A stretch of 64,000 nt of DNA from Candidatus Magasanikiibacteriota bacterium (GTDB lineage: Bacteria; Patescibacteriota; Patescibacteriia; Magasanikbacterales; GWA2-37-8). Made by a program: the position numbers and the translations under genes. Shown here piece by piece: positions 10,401 to 18,918 of the stretch. Where the stretch lies: positions 163,569 through 227,568 of the forward strand of contig JAPLWQ010000003.1 of assembly GCA_026396515.1 (NCBI GenBank), read 5' to 3'. Numbering within the stretch: position 1 is the first letter of the stretch; every line of letters starts with the position of its first letter. The notes beneath the pieces were generated by a model. It had not been told where the DNA came from, did no database searches, and worked only from the letters and a program-made list of their open reading frames with translations.

Positions 10401-11081
10401 ATGAAAACCGAATTTGTTTCTATCGCTTCGCACCAGCTCCGTACGCCTCTCACCACGATGAAGTGGTACGCTGAATTGTTAGTTGCAGCCGAGAAAGATT
10501 TAAGTAAGAAACACTCTGACTATGTTCACAGAATCTATGACAGTAGTTTGAAAATGGTGCGTTTGGTGAATGACCTCCTGAATGTGTCGCGAATTGAAAC
10601 GGGTAAGAAATTTGCGATTGAGAAAAAAAGTACTGACATGGTTTCTCTGGTGAAGCGGGCGATCGCCGATCAATCGGTAGCCGTTATGCAAAGCGATATT
10701 AAGATTGAATTGGTAGATTGGCCGGAACATATCAAAATGATGGTGGATGAGGAAAAGATGTACCAGGTATTCCAAAATTTGATTAACAACGCCGTTAAAT
10801 ATTCTAATCCGGGAGGCAAGGTTGAAGTGAGGATAGAATTAAGCGATGGAAACAGCATTTTTTCCGTTAAAGATATGGGTTTGGGGATACCGTTAAATCA
10901 ACAGGGTCGTGTTTTTGAAAAATTCTTTCGTGGAGAAAACGTGACCAATGCCGGTAAAGCGGGTACCGGCCTTGGTTTATATATTGTGAAAGCAATTGTT
11001 GAAGGTCATGGGGGAAGAATCTGGTTTGAATCCGGTAAAAAAACCGGTACGATATTTTATTTTGAATTATCTAAAAAATGA
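7485..11081 (+). CDS. Multi-PAS/GAF sensor histidine kinase (1198 aa)
   Basis: At least five PAS-like repeats. HisKA H-box is IASHQLRTPL. HATPase N, G1 and G2 boxes are present (NLINNAVKYS, DMGLGIP, GTGLGLYIVK). Confidence 0.85.
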   Translation: MSLRKKKKLPVKRDAKFKGGHKFIISESEEMNQVLINTMLDGVAIVDFTGKVIYFNPAAEKIFEIDNPKVLMGKNVLKYLLPASKLVAIKDMVNVSLGKGGYLQSYQIRTARGRVIWIENIGTKISYGGKSVMIMSFRDISERKKFEEKIEVEAKKLSILNDIIVASNESINLAELLESILILGMRLLNFDAAGIYLVDQSGEFADVVKSKNIPEGFLRRVGRVRVKDKPYSRIFVKGESIVSEYYEKFVAKKRDTFGFKSLISVPLVVGDKVIGALNFVSKRRQTISADERIMVESIGKELGSTVKKMQMEKDLIDSEKRYRVIFENTMDIIYSFNPNGKVIFVSPNVTLWGYQTKEVIGADIFKFVHPDDVKNVKRELQKTIKTSQTFTTTFRLVRKDGTFFYAEEFGKPVYDGNGRLSAFTGVIRDITGRKMFEEELKCYSERMRIMFEDAPDAYYISSLKGILLDGNKAAEKITGYERKELVGNSFINLRKLVAPGQKSKILSLLSRNVKGESTGPDEFELIKKDGTSISVEITTHPVKINGKSMVLGIARDISQRKLVENSLKVSEERFSKAFQSSPYANIMTRPTDGKVIDINASFTEIAGFKRSEAIGKTTEELGLWANFSERDKVVDDLLKGVPVKGRVIQFRIKSGEIIIGNFFAELITVGQEKIILSSINDITEKVKAEEKLRLSEERYRNVVEKAAESIVIAQDGKLKFFNPQVLLITGYSRKELEAMPFIMLVHPDDRKMVAERYTKRLKGEKTVETYPFRIVNKRGEQIWGEIRSVLITWEGKPATLSFLQEITGRKRAEDALNARVVEVEKAKKAMVDVLEDIGREKSISESLAKDLEKFKLAVDGASDLIVITDINAKIVFANRAAERITGFKIDEMIGHDPGELWGGQMNTEYYKRMWQIIKKDKKVFSGEFINKRKNGETYDAEVHVSPIMDKSGDIIFFVSIEKDITQAKEVDRMKTEFVSIASHQLRTPLTTMKWYAELLVAAEKDLSKKHSDYVHRIYDSSLKMVRLVNDLLNVSRIETGKKFAIEKKSTDMVSLVKRAIADQSVAVMQSDIKIELVDWPEHIKMMVDEEKMYQVFQNLINNAVKYSNPGGKVEVRIELSDGNSIFSVKDMGLGIPLNQQGRVFEKFFRGENVTNAGKAGTGLGLYIVKAIVEGHGGRIWFESGKKTGTIFYFELSKK

Positions 11082-11142
11082 TTCCGCGGTGCGGGATCCT
11101 CTCGGTCCGTTTTCAGGCGGATAGAGATATTAAATTTTGTAT

Positions 11143-11511
11143 ATGAAAGAGGTACTAGTAGTTGAAGACGAAGTAGAGTTGGCTGAGGTGATTGCCTCTC
11201 AACTTAAGGAGGAAAAAATTGGAGTGCGCATCGCCAGAGATGGAGTGGAAGGCTTGGAAATGGCGTTAAAACTGCACCCGGATTTGATTTTGCTGGATAT
11301 TATTATGCCGAAAATGGATGGCATGACCATGTTGGCTCATTTGCGAAAAGATAGTTGGGGCAAGGACGCCAAGGTTATTTTGTTGACCAACTTGAGTGAT
11401 AATGAAAAAGTAGCCGAGGCAATAAAACAGCAGTCTTATGATTATCTGGTAAAAGCAGATTGGAATATCCGGGATGTGGTGAAATTGGTTAAAGAAAAAT
11501 TGGAAGAGTAA
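11143..11511 (+). CDS. Single-domain response regulator (REC only, CheY-like)
   Basis: VVEDE...D...DIIMPKMDG...K receiver signature with no output domain. An upstream TTG (11137) is an alternative start. Confidence 0.8.
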   Translation: MKEVLVVEDEVELAEVIASQLKEEKIGVRIARDGVEGLEMALKLHPDLILLDIIMPKMDGMTMLAHLRKDSWGKDAKVILLTNLSDNEKVAEAIKQQSYDYLVKADWNIRDVVKLVKEKLEE

Positions 11512-11560
11512 AATGCGGTTGCGCCGGCCCGGTATTCTTGGTATAGTTTAGGGGCAATTT

Positions 11561-11866
11561 ATGGCCATATCACTTAAAGAAGTAAGAAAAATTGCTTCCT
11601 TGGCGCGCCTTGAGCTGACGCCGGAAGAAGAACAAAGACACGCCGAAACTATTTCGGCTGTTTTGGACTATATGAAAGTATTGAACGAGGTCGATACTTC
11701 ACGCGTTGAAGCGACTGAGCAGGTCACCGGGCTGACAAATATTTTTCGTGAGGATGAACCGGTTTCGGGTGGAAATAGGAATGAGTTGATTGATGAAATG
11801 CCTGAAGTCTACGCGGGTGAATTGGTAGTGCCTGGCGTATTTGCCGATGAAGAAGAAAAAATATGA
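11561..11866 (+). CDS. gatC: Asp-tRNA(Asn)/Glu-tRNA(Gln) amidotransferase subunit C
   Basis: About 100 aa. Typical GatC N-terminus (ISxxEVxKIAxLARLxLT) and a conserved C-terminal region. Confidence 0.85.
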   Translation: MAISLKEVRKIASLARLELTPEEEQRHAETISAVLDYMKVLNEVDTSRVEATEQVTGLTNIFREDEPVSGGNRNELIDEMPEVYAGELVVPGVFADEEEKI

Positions 11867-13287
11867 ACCTGAATGAACTGACAATTAAAGAGGCTGTCGA
11901 GGGGTTGAAAAATAAAAAATTCAGTTCGGTTGAACTCACTGAATCCTGTCTAAAAAGAATCGGCCAACGGAACACCGAAATAAACGCTTTTATTTCCGTA
12001 AATGCCGAGGAGGCGTTACTTGATGCAAGAACAGCCGATATTTTAATTGGAAAGAAAAAGGCGGGTACTATTGCCGGCATACCGTTTGCGGTAAAAGACG
12101 CAATTTGCACGGTTGATTTAAGGTCTACAGGCGCGGCAAAAATTTTGGATAATTATATTCCGCCGTATGAGGCAACCGTAATCAGAAGATTGCGTGAAGC
12201 CGGGGGAGTGGTGATAGGAAAAAATAATTGCGATGCGTTCGGACACGGAGCCAGTAATGAAAATAGTATGTATGGAGCGGTTCGCAATCCGTACGATATT
12301 TCCAAAGTCGCCGGCGGCTCGTCGGGTGGTTCGGCTGCGGCCGTGTCGGACAATGAATGTATTTTTTCCATTGCCGAAGATACAGGCGGATCAATCCGTC
12401 AGCCGGCAGCTTTTTGCGGAGTGGTTGGTCTACGCCCTAGTTATGGCCGCAATTCACGTTTCGGCATCATGCCGATGGCGTCATCGCTCGATACTGTCGG
12501 ACCGATTGCCAAGTCGGTAGAGGATATTGCCTTGCTTATGGAGATTATGGCCGGCCGGGACCCAAAAGATGCCACCACCGTGAATGAGCCGGTGCCGTTA
12601 TATTCAAAAGAAATCGAAAAAAATATTAATGGTATGAAGGTCGGTGTGCCGGAAGAATATTTTAATGTTAAGGGAATTGATAAGGAAATTATTAAAGCGA
12701 CTGAAAAAGAAATCGAAAAATTAAGGGATCTCGGCTGTAAGATTGTACCGGTAAGTTTGCCGCATACCAAATACGCCATTGCCGCATATTATATTATTGT
12801 ACCGAGCGAAGACAGCTCAAACCTGGCGCGTCTTGATGGTGTTCGCTATGGGGAAAGGGTTAAAACAAAGAATTTATTTGATTTGTATGCAAAGTCGCGC
12901 GCCATCGGTTTTCCGGAAGAAGTGAAGCGGCGCATTCTTATCGGCACCTATGCATTATCGGCGGGTTATTATGATGCCTATTATAAAAAAGCTCAAAAAG
13001 TCCGTACGTTGATCAAAAATGATTTTGAAGAAGCCTTCAAAAAGGTTGATGCAATAATTACCCCGACAACCCCAAGTCCGGCGTTTGGCGTGGGCGAAAT
13101 GATTAGCGATCCGCTTTCCATGTATTTGGCTGATGCGATGGTTTCTCCGGCAGCGATGGCCGGCGTACCGGCCCTATCCGTGCCTGCCGGCATGACAAAG
13201 GCGGGTTTGCCTATCGGTGTGCAGATTATCGGAGCGCGCCTGAATGAATCGGCGGTACTGCGCATCGGATACTCGCTTCAAAAGTAA
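11863..13287 (+). CDS. gatA: Amidotransferase subunit A (amidase signature family)
   Basis: GGSSGGSAAAV amidase signature and the Ser-cisSer-Lys context. ATGA overlap with gatC. Confidence 0.9.
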   Translation: MNLNELTIKEAVEGLKNKKFSSVELTESCLKRIGQRNTEINAFISVNAEEALLDARTADILIGKKKAGTIAGIPFAVKDAICTVDLRSTGAAKILDNYIPPYEATVIRRLREAGGVVIGKNNCDAFGHGASNENSMYGAVRNPYDISKVAGGSSGGSAAAVSDNECIFSIAEDTGGSIRQPAAFCGVVGLRPSYGRNSRFGIMPMASSLDTVGPIAKSVEDIALLMEIMAGRDPKDATTVNEPVPLYSKEIEKNINGMKVGVPEEYFNVKGIDKEIIKATEKEIEKLRDLGCKIVPVSLPHTKYAIAAYYIIVPSEDSSNLARLDGVRYGERVKTKNLFDLYAKSRAIGFPEEVKRRILIGTYALSAGYYDAYYKKAQKVRTLIKNDFEEAFKKVDAIITPTTPSPAFGVGEMISDPLSMYLADAMVSPAAMAGVPALSVPAGMTKAGLPIGVQIIGARLNESAVLRIGYSLQK

Positions 13288-13299
13288 TTAATTTTTTTT

Positions 13300-14637
13300 A
13301 TGAAAAAAATAAAGGATCCGGTTGTGGACACCGCTGAACGTCCGCAAAAACTTATTACTGCCGGAGCGATGGTTGATTACCGCGAATCGTGGCGTATTTT
13401 TAAAATAATGTCGGAGTTTGTTGAGGGGTTTCAGTTTCTGGGGGAATTAAAAAATGAAGTGACAATTTTGGGCTCTGCGCGTTTAGCGCCCAATACAAAA
13501 TATTACAAAATCGCCGTCGAGCTCGGACATTTGCTGGGTAAAAATGGGTTTACCACAATTACCGGAGGCGGTCCGGGCATTATGGAGGCGGCAAATCGTG
13601 GTGCCTTTGAAGCGGGCGGTGAATCGGTCGGTCTTAATATCCAACTGCCATTTGAACAGCGAACAAACCCGTATGTGAAAAAATCAATTGGTTTTTATTA
13701 TTTTTTCACGAGAAAAGTAATGTTAACATCGCCGGCAAACGCCTTTGTATTTTTTCCCGGCGGTTTCGGCACTTTAGATGAATTTTTTGAAGTAGTAGAC
13801 GTTATGGAGCAGGGGTATATGAGCGAGTCGCCGATCGTTCTTGTGGGAAGCGAATTTTGGAAACCGATTATAAGTTTTTTACGCGAAAAATCCGGTAAAT
13901 TAATTGGTTCCATGAGTGACGCGGAAATTGACAAATGGCACCTGGTCGACGACGCGAGTGAAGCATTTAATTTTATTAAGGATACGCAGGATCGTCCGAA
14001 TTATTACAGCCCGCAATTTGACTCAAACGGCGGCGCCGAATGGAGGATATTCAGAATTATGGCGGAGCTGGTAGATGGTTTCGAATTTTTAACGCAGATA
14101 AAAAATGGTGCAACGGTTTTGGGAACGAAGAGTATTATGCCGGGTTCCCGTTTTTATGAGGCGGCGCAGGAATTGGGAAAGGAGCTGTCCGGCCTTGGTC
14201 TCACCGTTGTAACCGGTGGCGGACCGGGGGTAATGGAGGCGGCAAATAAAGGTGCCTTTGAGCGGGGTGGTGAAAGCATTGGTATTAATATGCGCGTTAA
14301 GGGTGTCGAGCGCAGGAATAATTATATGACGCGGACTATCGGTTTTACTTTTCCGTTTGTTCGAAAGCTTATTATTACGGCGCCGTCTAATGGCTTCACT
14401 TTTTTTCCGGGCGGGTTTGGTACTCTGCACCAGTTGTTCGAGCTGCTAACGCTGGTTGAAACAGGGAAAATTGAGCATATGCCTCTTTGTTTGTATAATC
14501 GCGAGTTTTGGCAGCCGCTCATGGATTTTATTAATGTGATGTATGAGGACTTTAAAACCATCGGAAAGAGCGATCGAGAACTTTGCCACATTGCCGACAG
14601 CGTTGCCGATATTATAAATTGCGCAAAAAATAAATGA
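13300..14637 (+). CDS. Tandem-duplicated LOG family protein (two TIGR00730/lysine-decarboxylase-like domains fused)
   Basis: Two roughly 215-aa halves each carry GGGPGxMEAANxGAFE...GxSxGxNI...PGGFGTLxE motifs. Confidence 0.8.
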   Translation: MKKIKDPVVDTAERPQKLITAGAMVDYRESWRIFKIMSEFVEGFQFLGELKNEVTILGSARLAPNTKYYKIAVELGHLLGKNGFTTITGGGPGIMEAANRGAFEAGGESVGLNIQLPFEQRTNPYVKKSIGFYYFFTRKVMLTSPANAFVFFPGGFGTLDEFFEVVDVMEQGYMSESPIVLVGSEFWKPIISFLREKSGKLIGSMSDAEIDKWHLVDDASEAFNFIKDTQDRPNYYSPQFDSNGGAEWRIFRIMAELVDGFEFLTQIKNGATVLGTKSIMPGSRFYEAAQELGKELSGLGLTVVTGGGPGVMEAANKGAFERGGESIGINMRVKGVERRNNYMTRTIGFTFPFVRKLIITAPSNGFTFFPGGFGTLHQLFELLTLVETGKIEHMPLCLYNREFWQPLMDFINVMYEDFKTIGKSDRELCHIADSVADIINCAKNK

Positions 14638-15428
14638 TACCTTATTTTTTTTGGAATGCAATTCACATTGGTCCCTTGACACTACAGGTCTGGGGCCTTT
14701 TTGTGTCGGTCGGAGCGCTTATAGCGCTTATAATTGCGCAAAAAATTGGACGAACACATAATTTATCCAAAGAAACTATTTTGGATTTATTTTTTTGGCT
14801 GCTTGTATCCGGCTTAATCGTCGGCAGGTTATTCTATGTAATTTTTTATAACCCATTATTTTTTTTGCAGAATCCACTGGAGATATTTATGGTTTGGCAC
14901 GGTGGCGCATCTTCGCTTGGCGGTTGGGTTGGCGCGGGCATTGCGGCATATATCTATTGTAAAATGCATAAGCTGAATTTGGTGAATTTTCTGGGTTATG
15001 CCGATGTTCTTGCCTTGGGTTTATGGGCGGGCTGGGCGATCGGGCGCATCGGTTGTTTTCTGATCCATGATCATATCGGTGTCTTGTCGAATTCCTTTTT
15101 AGCGGTGGCGTATCCGGGTGGTGCTCGCCTGGACCTTGGCTTGTCAGAATCTATTTTAGCAGCGATCATTTTTATCATATTTATTTTATTGTACAAGAAA
15201 ATTATTCATCAGCCTGGTCGGATATTGGCGTATTCATTTATGATTTATTCGGCGGCGCGTTTTGCTCTGGATTTTTTTAGAGCAACGGATATAGAGGGTT
15301 TTGATGTGCGATATGCTTTGCTGACTCCCGCTCAATGGGGTATGCTTATCCTATTTGGTGGGTTGACTATTTGGTTAATTCGGGATAAAATCAGTCAGCG
15401 TAAAAAAATATCAGGAAGGGTCGCCTAG
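14634..15428 (+). CDS. lgt: Prolipoprotein diacylglyceryl transferase
   Basis: Seven TM helices. WHGGASSLGG (WxGGMSxHGG-like) and GRIGCFLIHDHIG motifs. ATGA overlap with the LOG gene. Confidence 0.75.
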   Translation: MIPYFFWNAIHIGPLTLQVWGLFVSVGALIALIIAQKIGRTHNLSKETILDLFFWLLVSGLIVGRLFYVIFYNPLFFLQNPLEIFMVWHGGASSLGGWVGAGIAAYIYCKMHKLNLVNFLGYADVLALGLWAGWAIGRIGCFLIHDHIGVLSNSFLAVAYPGGARLDLGLSESILAAIIFIIFILLYKKIIHQPGRILAYSFMIYSAARFALDFFRATDIEGFDVRYALLTPAQWGMLILFGGLTIWLIRDKISQRKKISGRVA

Positions 15429-15501
15429 TGGTCGATGGCGCACGCTTGGAAAGCGTGTAAACCGAAAGGTTTCGAGGGTTCGAATCCCTCTCCTTCCGCC
15501 A
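15414..15501 (+). tRNA. tRNA-Ser (anticodon GGA)
   Basis: Manual fold. Acceptor GGAAGGG/TCCTTCC, 3-bp D-stem, anticodon stem CACGC/GCGTG with loop TTGGAAA, long variable arm, T-arm GAGGG-TTCGAAT-CCCTC, encoded CCA. Overlaps the last 15 nt of lgt. Confidence 0.85.
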
Positions 15502-15635
15502 GCATTCATCTCTTGACAAACTTCATACCACCCAAATAAAAAAGGTGGTATTGTTTATATAGATCTTTCAGCAACTTCTTCGCGTAATGGTGCGCGCAGA
15601 AGTTCTTTGAACTTCGCCTAAAGAGGAGGTGAGTC

Positions 15636-16028
15636 ATGGCGAGGATGATATCTGTTGTGGTGCAAATCAGAAAAGGTTCAACCTATGGTGAATGGCTCGA
15701 AATTCGGGAAGCGATGAACCGGCAGGAAATCGCGGAAAGGGAGGTGGAAAAGGCGCTTAGCGCCCTGATTGTTTTGGCGGCGGTCAGACCAGGTTGCCCT
15801 GAACGCGGCAGCCAGACTGATGCCCCGGCAAAAGAGTTGTGGCAGGATGTATTCTTCTTCGTCCGGCATGGAGCGCTATCGCCCAGGGAAGTGTCCGAGA
15901 ACCTGCGCCAGCTCAGAAAACTGGGAGTATTTTTACCAATTCCGGCCCGAGTCAGGGACAGCTGGCCGCGGCTTCACGCCGTTGCCGGTAATCATGGAGG
16001 TGTCGATGGATCCAGGAGACTGTTGTAG
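15636..16028 (+). CDS. Hypothetical protein in GC-rich cassette 2
   Basis: AGAGGAGGTGAG SD 5 nt before ATG. About 58-60% G+C. 130 aa. No motif. Immediately 3' of tRNA-Ser. Confidence 0.4.
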   Translation: MARMISVVVQIRKGSTYGEWLEIREAMNRQEIAEREVEKALSALIVLAAVRPGCPERGSQTDAPAKELWQDVFFFVRHGALSPREVSENLRQLRKLGVFLPIPARVRDSWPRLHAVAGNHGGVDGSRRLL

Positions 16029-16052
16029 AAAAAATGCGAAGTTGTTCAACAA

Positions 16053-16107
16053 AGACCCGCAAACGCTATATTTGTGCGACGAAGCGTTAGCGGGTCTTTT
16101 CTTTTTA
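16053..16107 (+). terminator. Rho-independent terminator (long interrupted stem gacccgcaaacgc...gcgttagcgggtc, then T-tract)
   Basis: Direct reading. Confidence 0.6.
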
Positions 16108-16161
16108 GTGAGTTTGTTATAAGATTATTACTGGTACAATAATATTTATCTACCACAATAT

Positions 16162-16929
16162 ATGCGACAAAAGAGGGTTTTTTTGCTTATTACAAGCGTT
16201 ATATTATTCGGCGGATGTGCTGTCTTTAATGGAAATTATGAAACGCCGCGAAGCGTTTCCCAAGATGAAGCAGTAGATTTCAAGGATGGAGAAAAGATGC
16301 TGCAAAGCCGGCTTGATGATGTATCAAGCGGTAAGACCGCACCGGGTGAGGTATCAGAGACAACAACAAATAATTCACAAGCGAGCGGAGCATCAGCAAC
16401 GTCGCCAGTTACATCTAACCCAAACAATACTAATATGCCTCAAATTGTCATTGAACAGGGAAAACAATATTCTGCCGTGCTTCACACGACTGTGGGTGAT
16501 ATCAACATTGATTTTACTGCGGATCAAACACCGGTGACGGTTAATAATTTTATTTTTCTGGCAAAAAAGAATTTTTACGATAACACCATTTTTCATCGCA
16601 CTATTAAAGGCTTTATGATTCAAGGTGGAGACCCTGATGGTAATGGCACCGGCGGTCCGGGTTATCGCTTCGCCGATGAACCGTTTAGCGGAGATTATAT
16701 GCGGGGTACAGTGGCAATGGCAAATTCCGGGCCGGATACAAACGGCAGCCAGTTTTTTATTATGCACAAGGATTATGGGCTTCAGAAAAATTATGTAATT
16801 TTCGGCCACGTCACAACCGGCCTTGATGTAGTTGATAAAATTGCCGAAGCGCCGGTAAAGCCGGGCGGTGAAAATTCTTCCCCGGTAAATCCGATTAAGA
16901 TTGAATCAGTTGATGTAATTGAAAGATAA
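16162..16929 (+). CDS. ppiB: Cyclophilin-type peptidyl-prolyl cis-trans isomerase, lipoprotein-anchored
   Basis: Lipobox LFGGCAV. Ser/Thr/Asn-rich linker. Cyclophilin core FHRxIxxFMxQGGD...NxGxxTNGSQFFI. Confidence 0.85.
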   Translation: MRQKRVFLLITSVILFGGCAVFNGNYETPRSVSQDEAVDFKDGEKMLQSRLDDVSSGKTAPGEVSETTTNNSQASGASATSPVTSNPNNTNMPQIVIEQGKQYSAVLHTTVGDINIDFTADQTPVTVNNFIFLAKKNFYDNTIFHRTIKGFMIQGGDPDGNGTGGPGYRFADEPFSGDYMRGTVAMANSGPDTNGSQFFIMHKDYGLQKNYVIFGHVTTGLDVVDKIAEAPVKPGGENSSPVNPIKIESVDVIER

Positions 16930-16931
16930 GT

Positions 16932-17513
16932 ATGACCGAGGAACATCAGCTGCCAAAATTATTCTTCTTCGACAAGGTATTTAATAAAACCATCCTTCCT
17001 TTGATTCCGCACCGAGTCAAGCCGAATTATGTCACCATGCTGCGGTTTCTTATGGTTCCTTGGGTGGCATTTTTTTTGTGGCAAGGTAATTATTGGATTG
17101 GATTGATTTTATTTTTAATTGCCGCATTTACCGACGCGATTGATGGCGCGTTAGCGCGAACTCGAGACCAGATAACGGCTTGGGGCAAGATGTATGATCC
17201 GTTGGCTGACAAATTGCTTATTTGTACCACGGTATTCATTTTAGTTCTAAAATATGTTGATTTCTATGCCGCCTGGATTATTATTGTTCTTGAAAGCATT
17301 ATCGTTGTGGCAGCATTATATAAACAACATAGCGGGGGAGAGGTTCAGTCAAATTTTTGGGGGAAGCTAAAGATGATATTGCAGGTTGTCGGTGTTGTAT
17401 TTTTGCTCCTGGCGTTGGTTTTTAATTTGGAGTCGCTTTTGCCAGTTTCGCGAGGAACATTTTATGTAGCCATTGCTTTCGCCATTATTAGCTTGTTCAC
17501 TTATAGTATCTGA
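16932..17513 (+). CDS. CDP-alcohol phosphatidyltransferase family protein (PgsA-like)
   Basis: DAIDGALAR...G...DPLADK motif (D-x2-DG-x2-AR...G-x3-D-x3-D). Multi-TM. Confidence 0.75.
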   Translation: MTEEHQLPKLFFFDKVFNKTILPLIPHRVKPNYVTMLRFLMVPWVAFFLWQGNYWIGLILFLIAAFTDAIDGALARTRDQITAWGKMYDPLADKLLICTTVFILVLKYVDFYAAWIIIVLESIIVVAALYKQHSGGEVQSNFWGKLKMILQVVGVVFLLLALVFNLESLLPVSRGTFYVAIAFAIISLFTYSI

Positions 17514-17518
17514 TTCAT

Positions 17519-18235
17519 ATGTCTGATTTTTGGTTTTCCTATTTATATCAACCGCTGCTTAACGCGCTTGTTTGGATATATAACAATCTGGCAAATCAGA
17601 ATATGGGCTGGGCAGTTATTATTCTTACTGTTTTTTTGCGGGCAGCGCTTTTGCCATTGTCCATAATTTCCCAACGGGACGCGATGCGCCAGCGACAAGT
17701 TGAACTTGAAGCGAAAAAGGCCGTTGAGATGTTTAAAAATGATCGGGTGGCAAAAAATGAAGAGTATAGAAAAATAATGAAGAAGAATCGTATTTCGCCC
17801 TGGGCAAAAGTGCTGGTACTCGGCATTCAGGCGCTTGTGTTGGTTTTGTTATATCAAGTTTTTATCAGCGGAATTTTTGGCGAGAGGCTGGTCAAAGTAT
17901 TGTATGATTCAATAAGTTTTCCGGGCGCGATAAACAATGACTTTTACGGTCATAATATAGGCCTGAAGCATGATGTGTTATGGGGCGCTATCGTGGCGGT
18001 GTATTTGTTTGTCTTTATTATTATCCAAAAAATAGCCGATAAATCGTGGGAAAAATCTGAAGCGATATTTCTTGTATTATTTCCGCTTTTTGTTTTTGTG
18101 GCGCTTTGGATATTGCCGATGGCCAAATCCCTCTTTATCTTGACAAGTATGATATTTTCTGATATATTGACTTTTACTCGAATAGTGCTTTTTCCAACTC
18201 CAAAAGAGCCGGAAAGTACCATAATTAAGCCATAA
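17519..18235 (+). CDS. yidC: Short-form YidC/Oxa1 membrane insertase
   Basis: Conserved first TM with LTVFLRAALLPLS. Five TM helices. About 240 aa, as in monoderm and CPR YidC. Confidence 0.7.
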   Translation: MSDFWFSYLYQPLLNALVWIYNNLANQNMGWAVIILTVFLRAALLPLSIISQRDAMRQRQVELEAKKAVEMFKNDRVAKNEEYRKIMKKNRISPWAKVLVLGIQALVLVLLYQVFISGIFGERLVKVLYDSISFPGAINNDFYGHNIGLKHDVLWGAIVAVYLFVFIIIQKIADKSWEKSEAIFLVLFPLFVFVALWILPMAKSLFILTSMIFSDILTFTRIVLFPTPKEPESTIIKP

Positions 18236-18236
18236 T

Positions 18237-18815
18237 ATGGCCGGAGATTCGTTGGACAAATTAATGTACAGTTTCGTTGTTGAGGATGTCCTCAAAGGTT
18301 TTTTTATACATGTGCCGCCCGGATATGTGGCCTGCGTATACGATTTAGGCCGTGGTGTTTTGAAGAAAGTAATGACGCCGGGCCTCCACTTGAAGATTCC
18401 GTTTTGGCAAAAGGCAAAGCTTTTTAATACTCAAACATTGGAATATAGCATTTCACGGCAGTTTGATGCGCAGCAGCCGAGGGCTTTGGGTGACATTCCG
18501 ATCGCAGCCATTACCATGGATGGAAAACGGGTTGGCACAGAAGGGACAATATTATTGCGCCTTGATGTTCATCAGGTACCGCTTATCTGGCAAACAATCG
18601 GTGAGGATTTTGTCGAAAAAATTGTCCGCCCCACCATCCGCAGCCGAATTCGTATGGTTTTTTCCAGATTCAATTATCAGGATGTTGTCGGCAGCCGGCG
18701 TGATGCTGTGGAAGAACAGCTCAAACAAGAGTTGGAAAGCATTTTTTATCCACGAGGAATATACGTTGAAAATGTGCTGTTAACCGAGATTCAGATGATA
18801 AGCAGCAAAGAATAA
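18237..18815 (+). CDS. SPFH/band-7 domain protein (short)
   Basis: Prohibitin-like core pattern. Weak assignment. Confidence 0.5.
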   Translation: MAGDSLDKLMYSFVVEDVLKGFFIHVPPGYVACVYDLGRGVLKKVMTPGLHLKIPFWQKAKLFNTQTLEYSISRQFDAQQPRALGDIPIAAITMDGKRVGTEGTILLRLDVHQVPLIWQTIGEDFVEKIVRPTIRSRIRMVFSRFNYQDVVGSRRDAVEEQLKQELESIFYPRGIYVENVLLTEIQMISSKE

Positions 18816-18848
18816 CAAAAAATGACCCCCAGAAATGGGGGTTTTTTG
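18816..18848 (+). terminator. Rho-independent terminator
   Basis: gaccccc-agaaat-gggggt then tttttt. Confidence 0.8.
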
Positions 18849-18852
18849 ATAT

Positions 18853-18880
18853 TGACTCGGATGATAGTCGTTGGTATAGT
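18853..18880 (+). promoter_or_regulatory. Promoter. TTGACT, 16 nt spacer, TGGTATAGT (extended -10).
   Basis: Direct reading. It drives the small transcription unit upstream of hrcA. Confidence 0.5.
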
Positions 18881-18918
18881 GTCCAGACACTGAACATCGC
18901 CACCAAAGGAGGGTATGT

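Noticed and set aside
15600-16110. Considered that GC-rich cassette 2 might be a structured RNA (tmRNA, RNase P RNA or 6S) rather than a protein gene, since structured RNAs are GC-rich in AT-rich genomes
   Set aside because: It lacks a tRNA-like terminus with CCA, RNase P P4 motifs (AGGAAAGUCC / ACAGAAA) and a 6S bubble. It has a perfect SD and an open 130-codon frame. RNA is not fully excluded.
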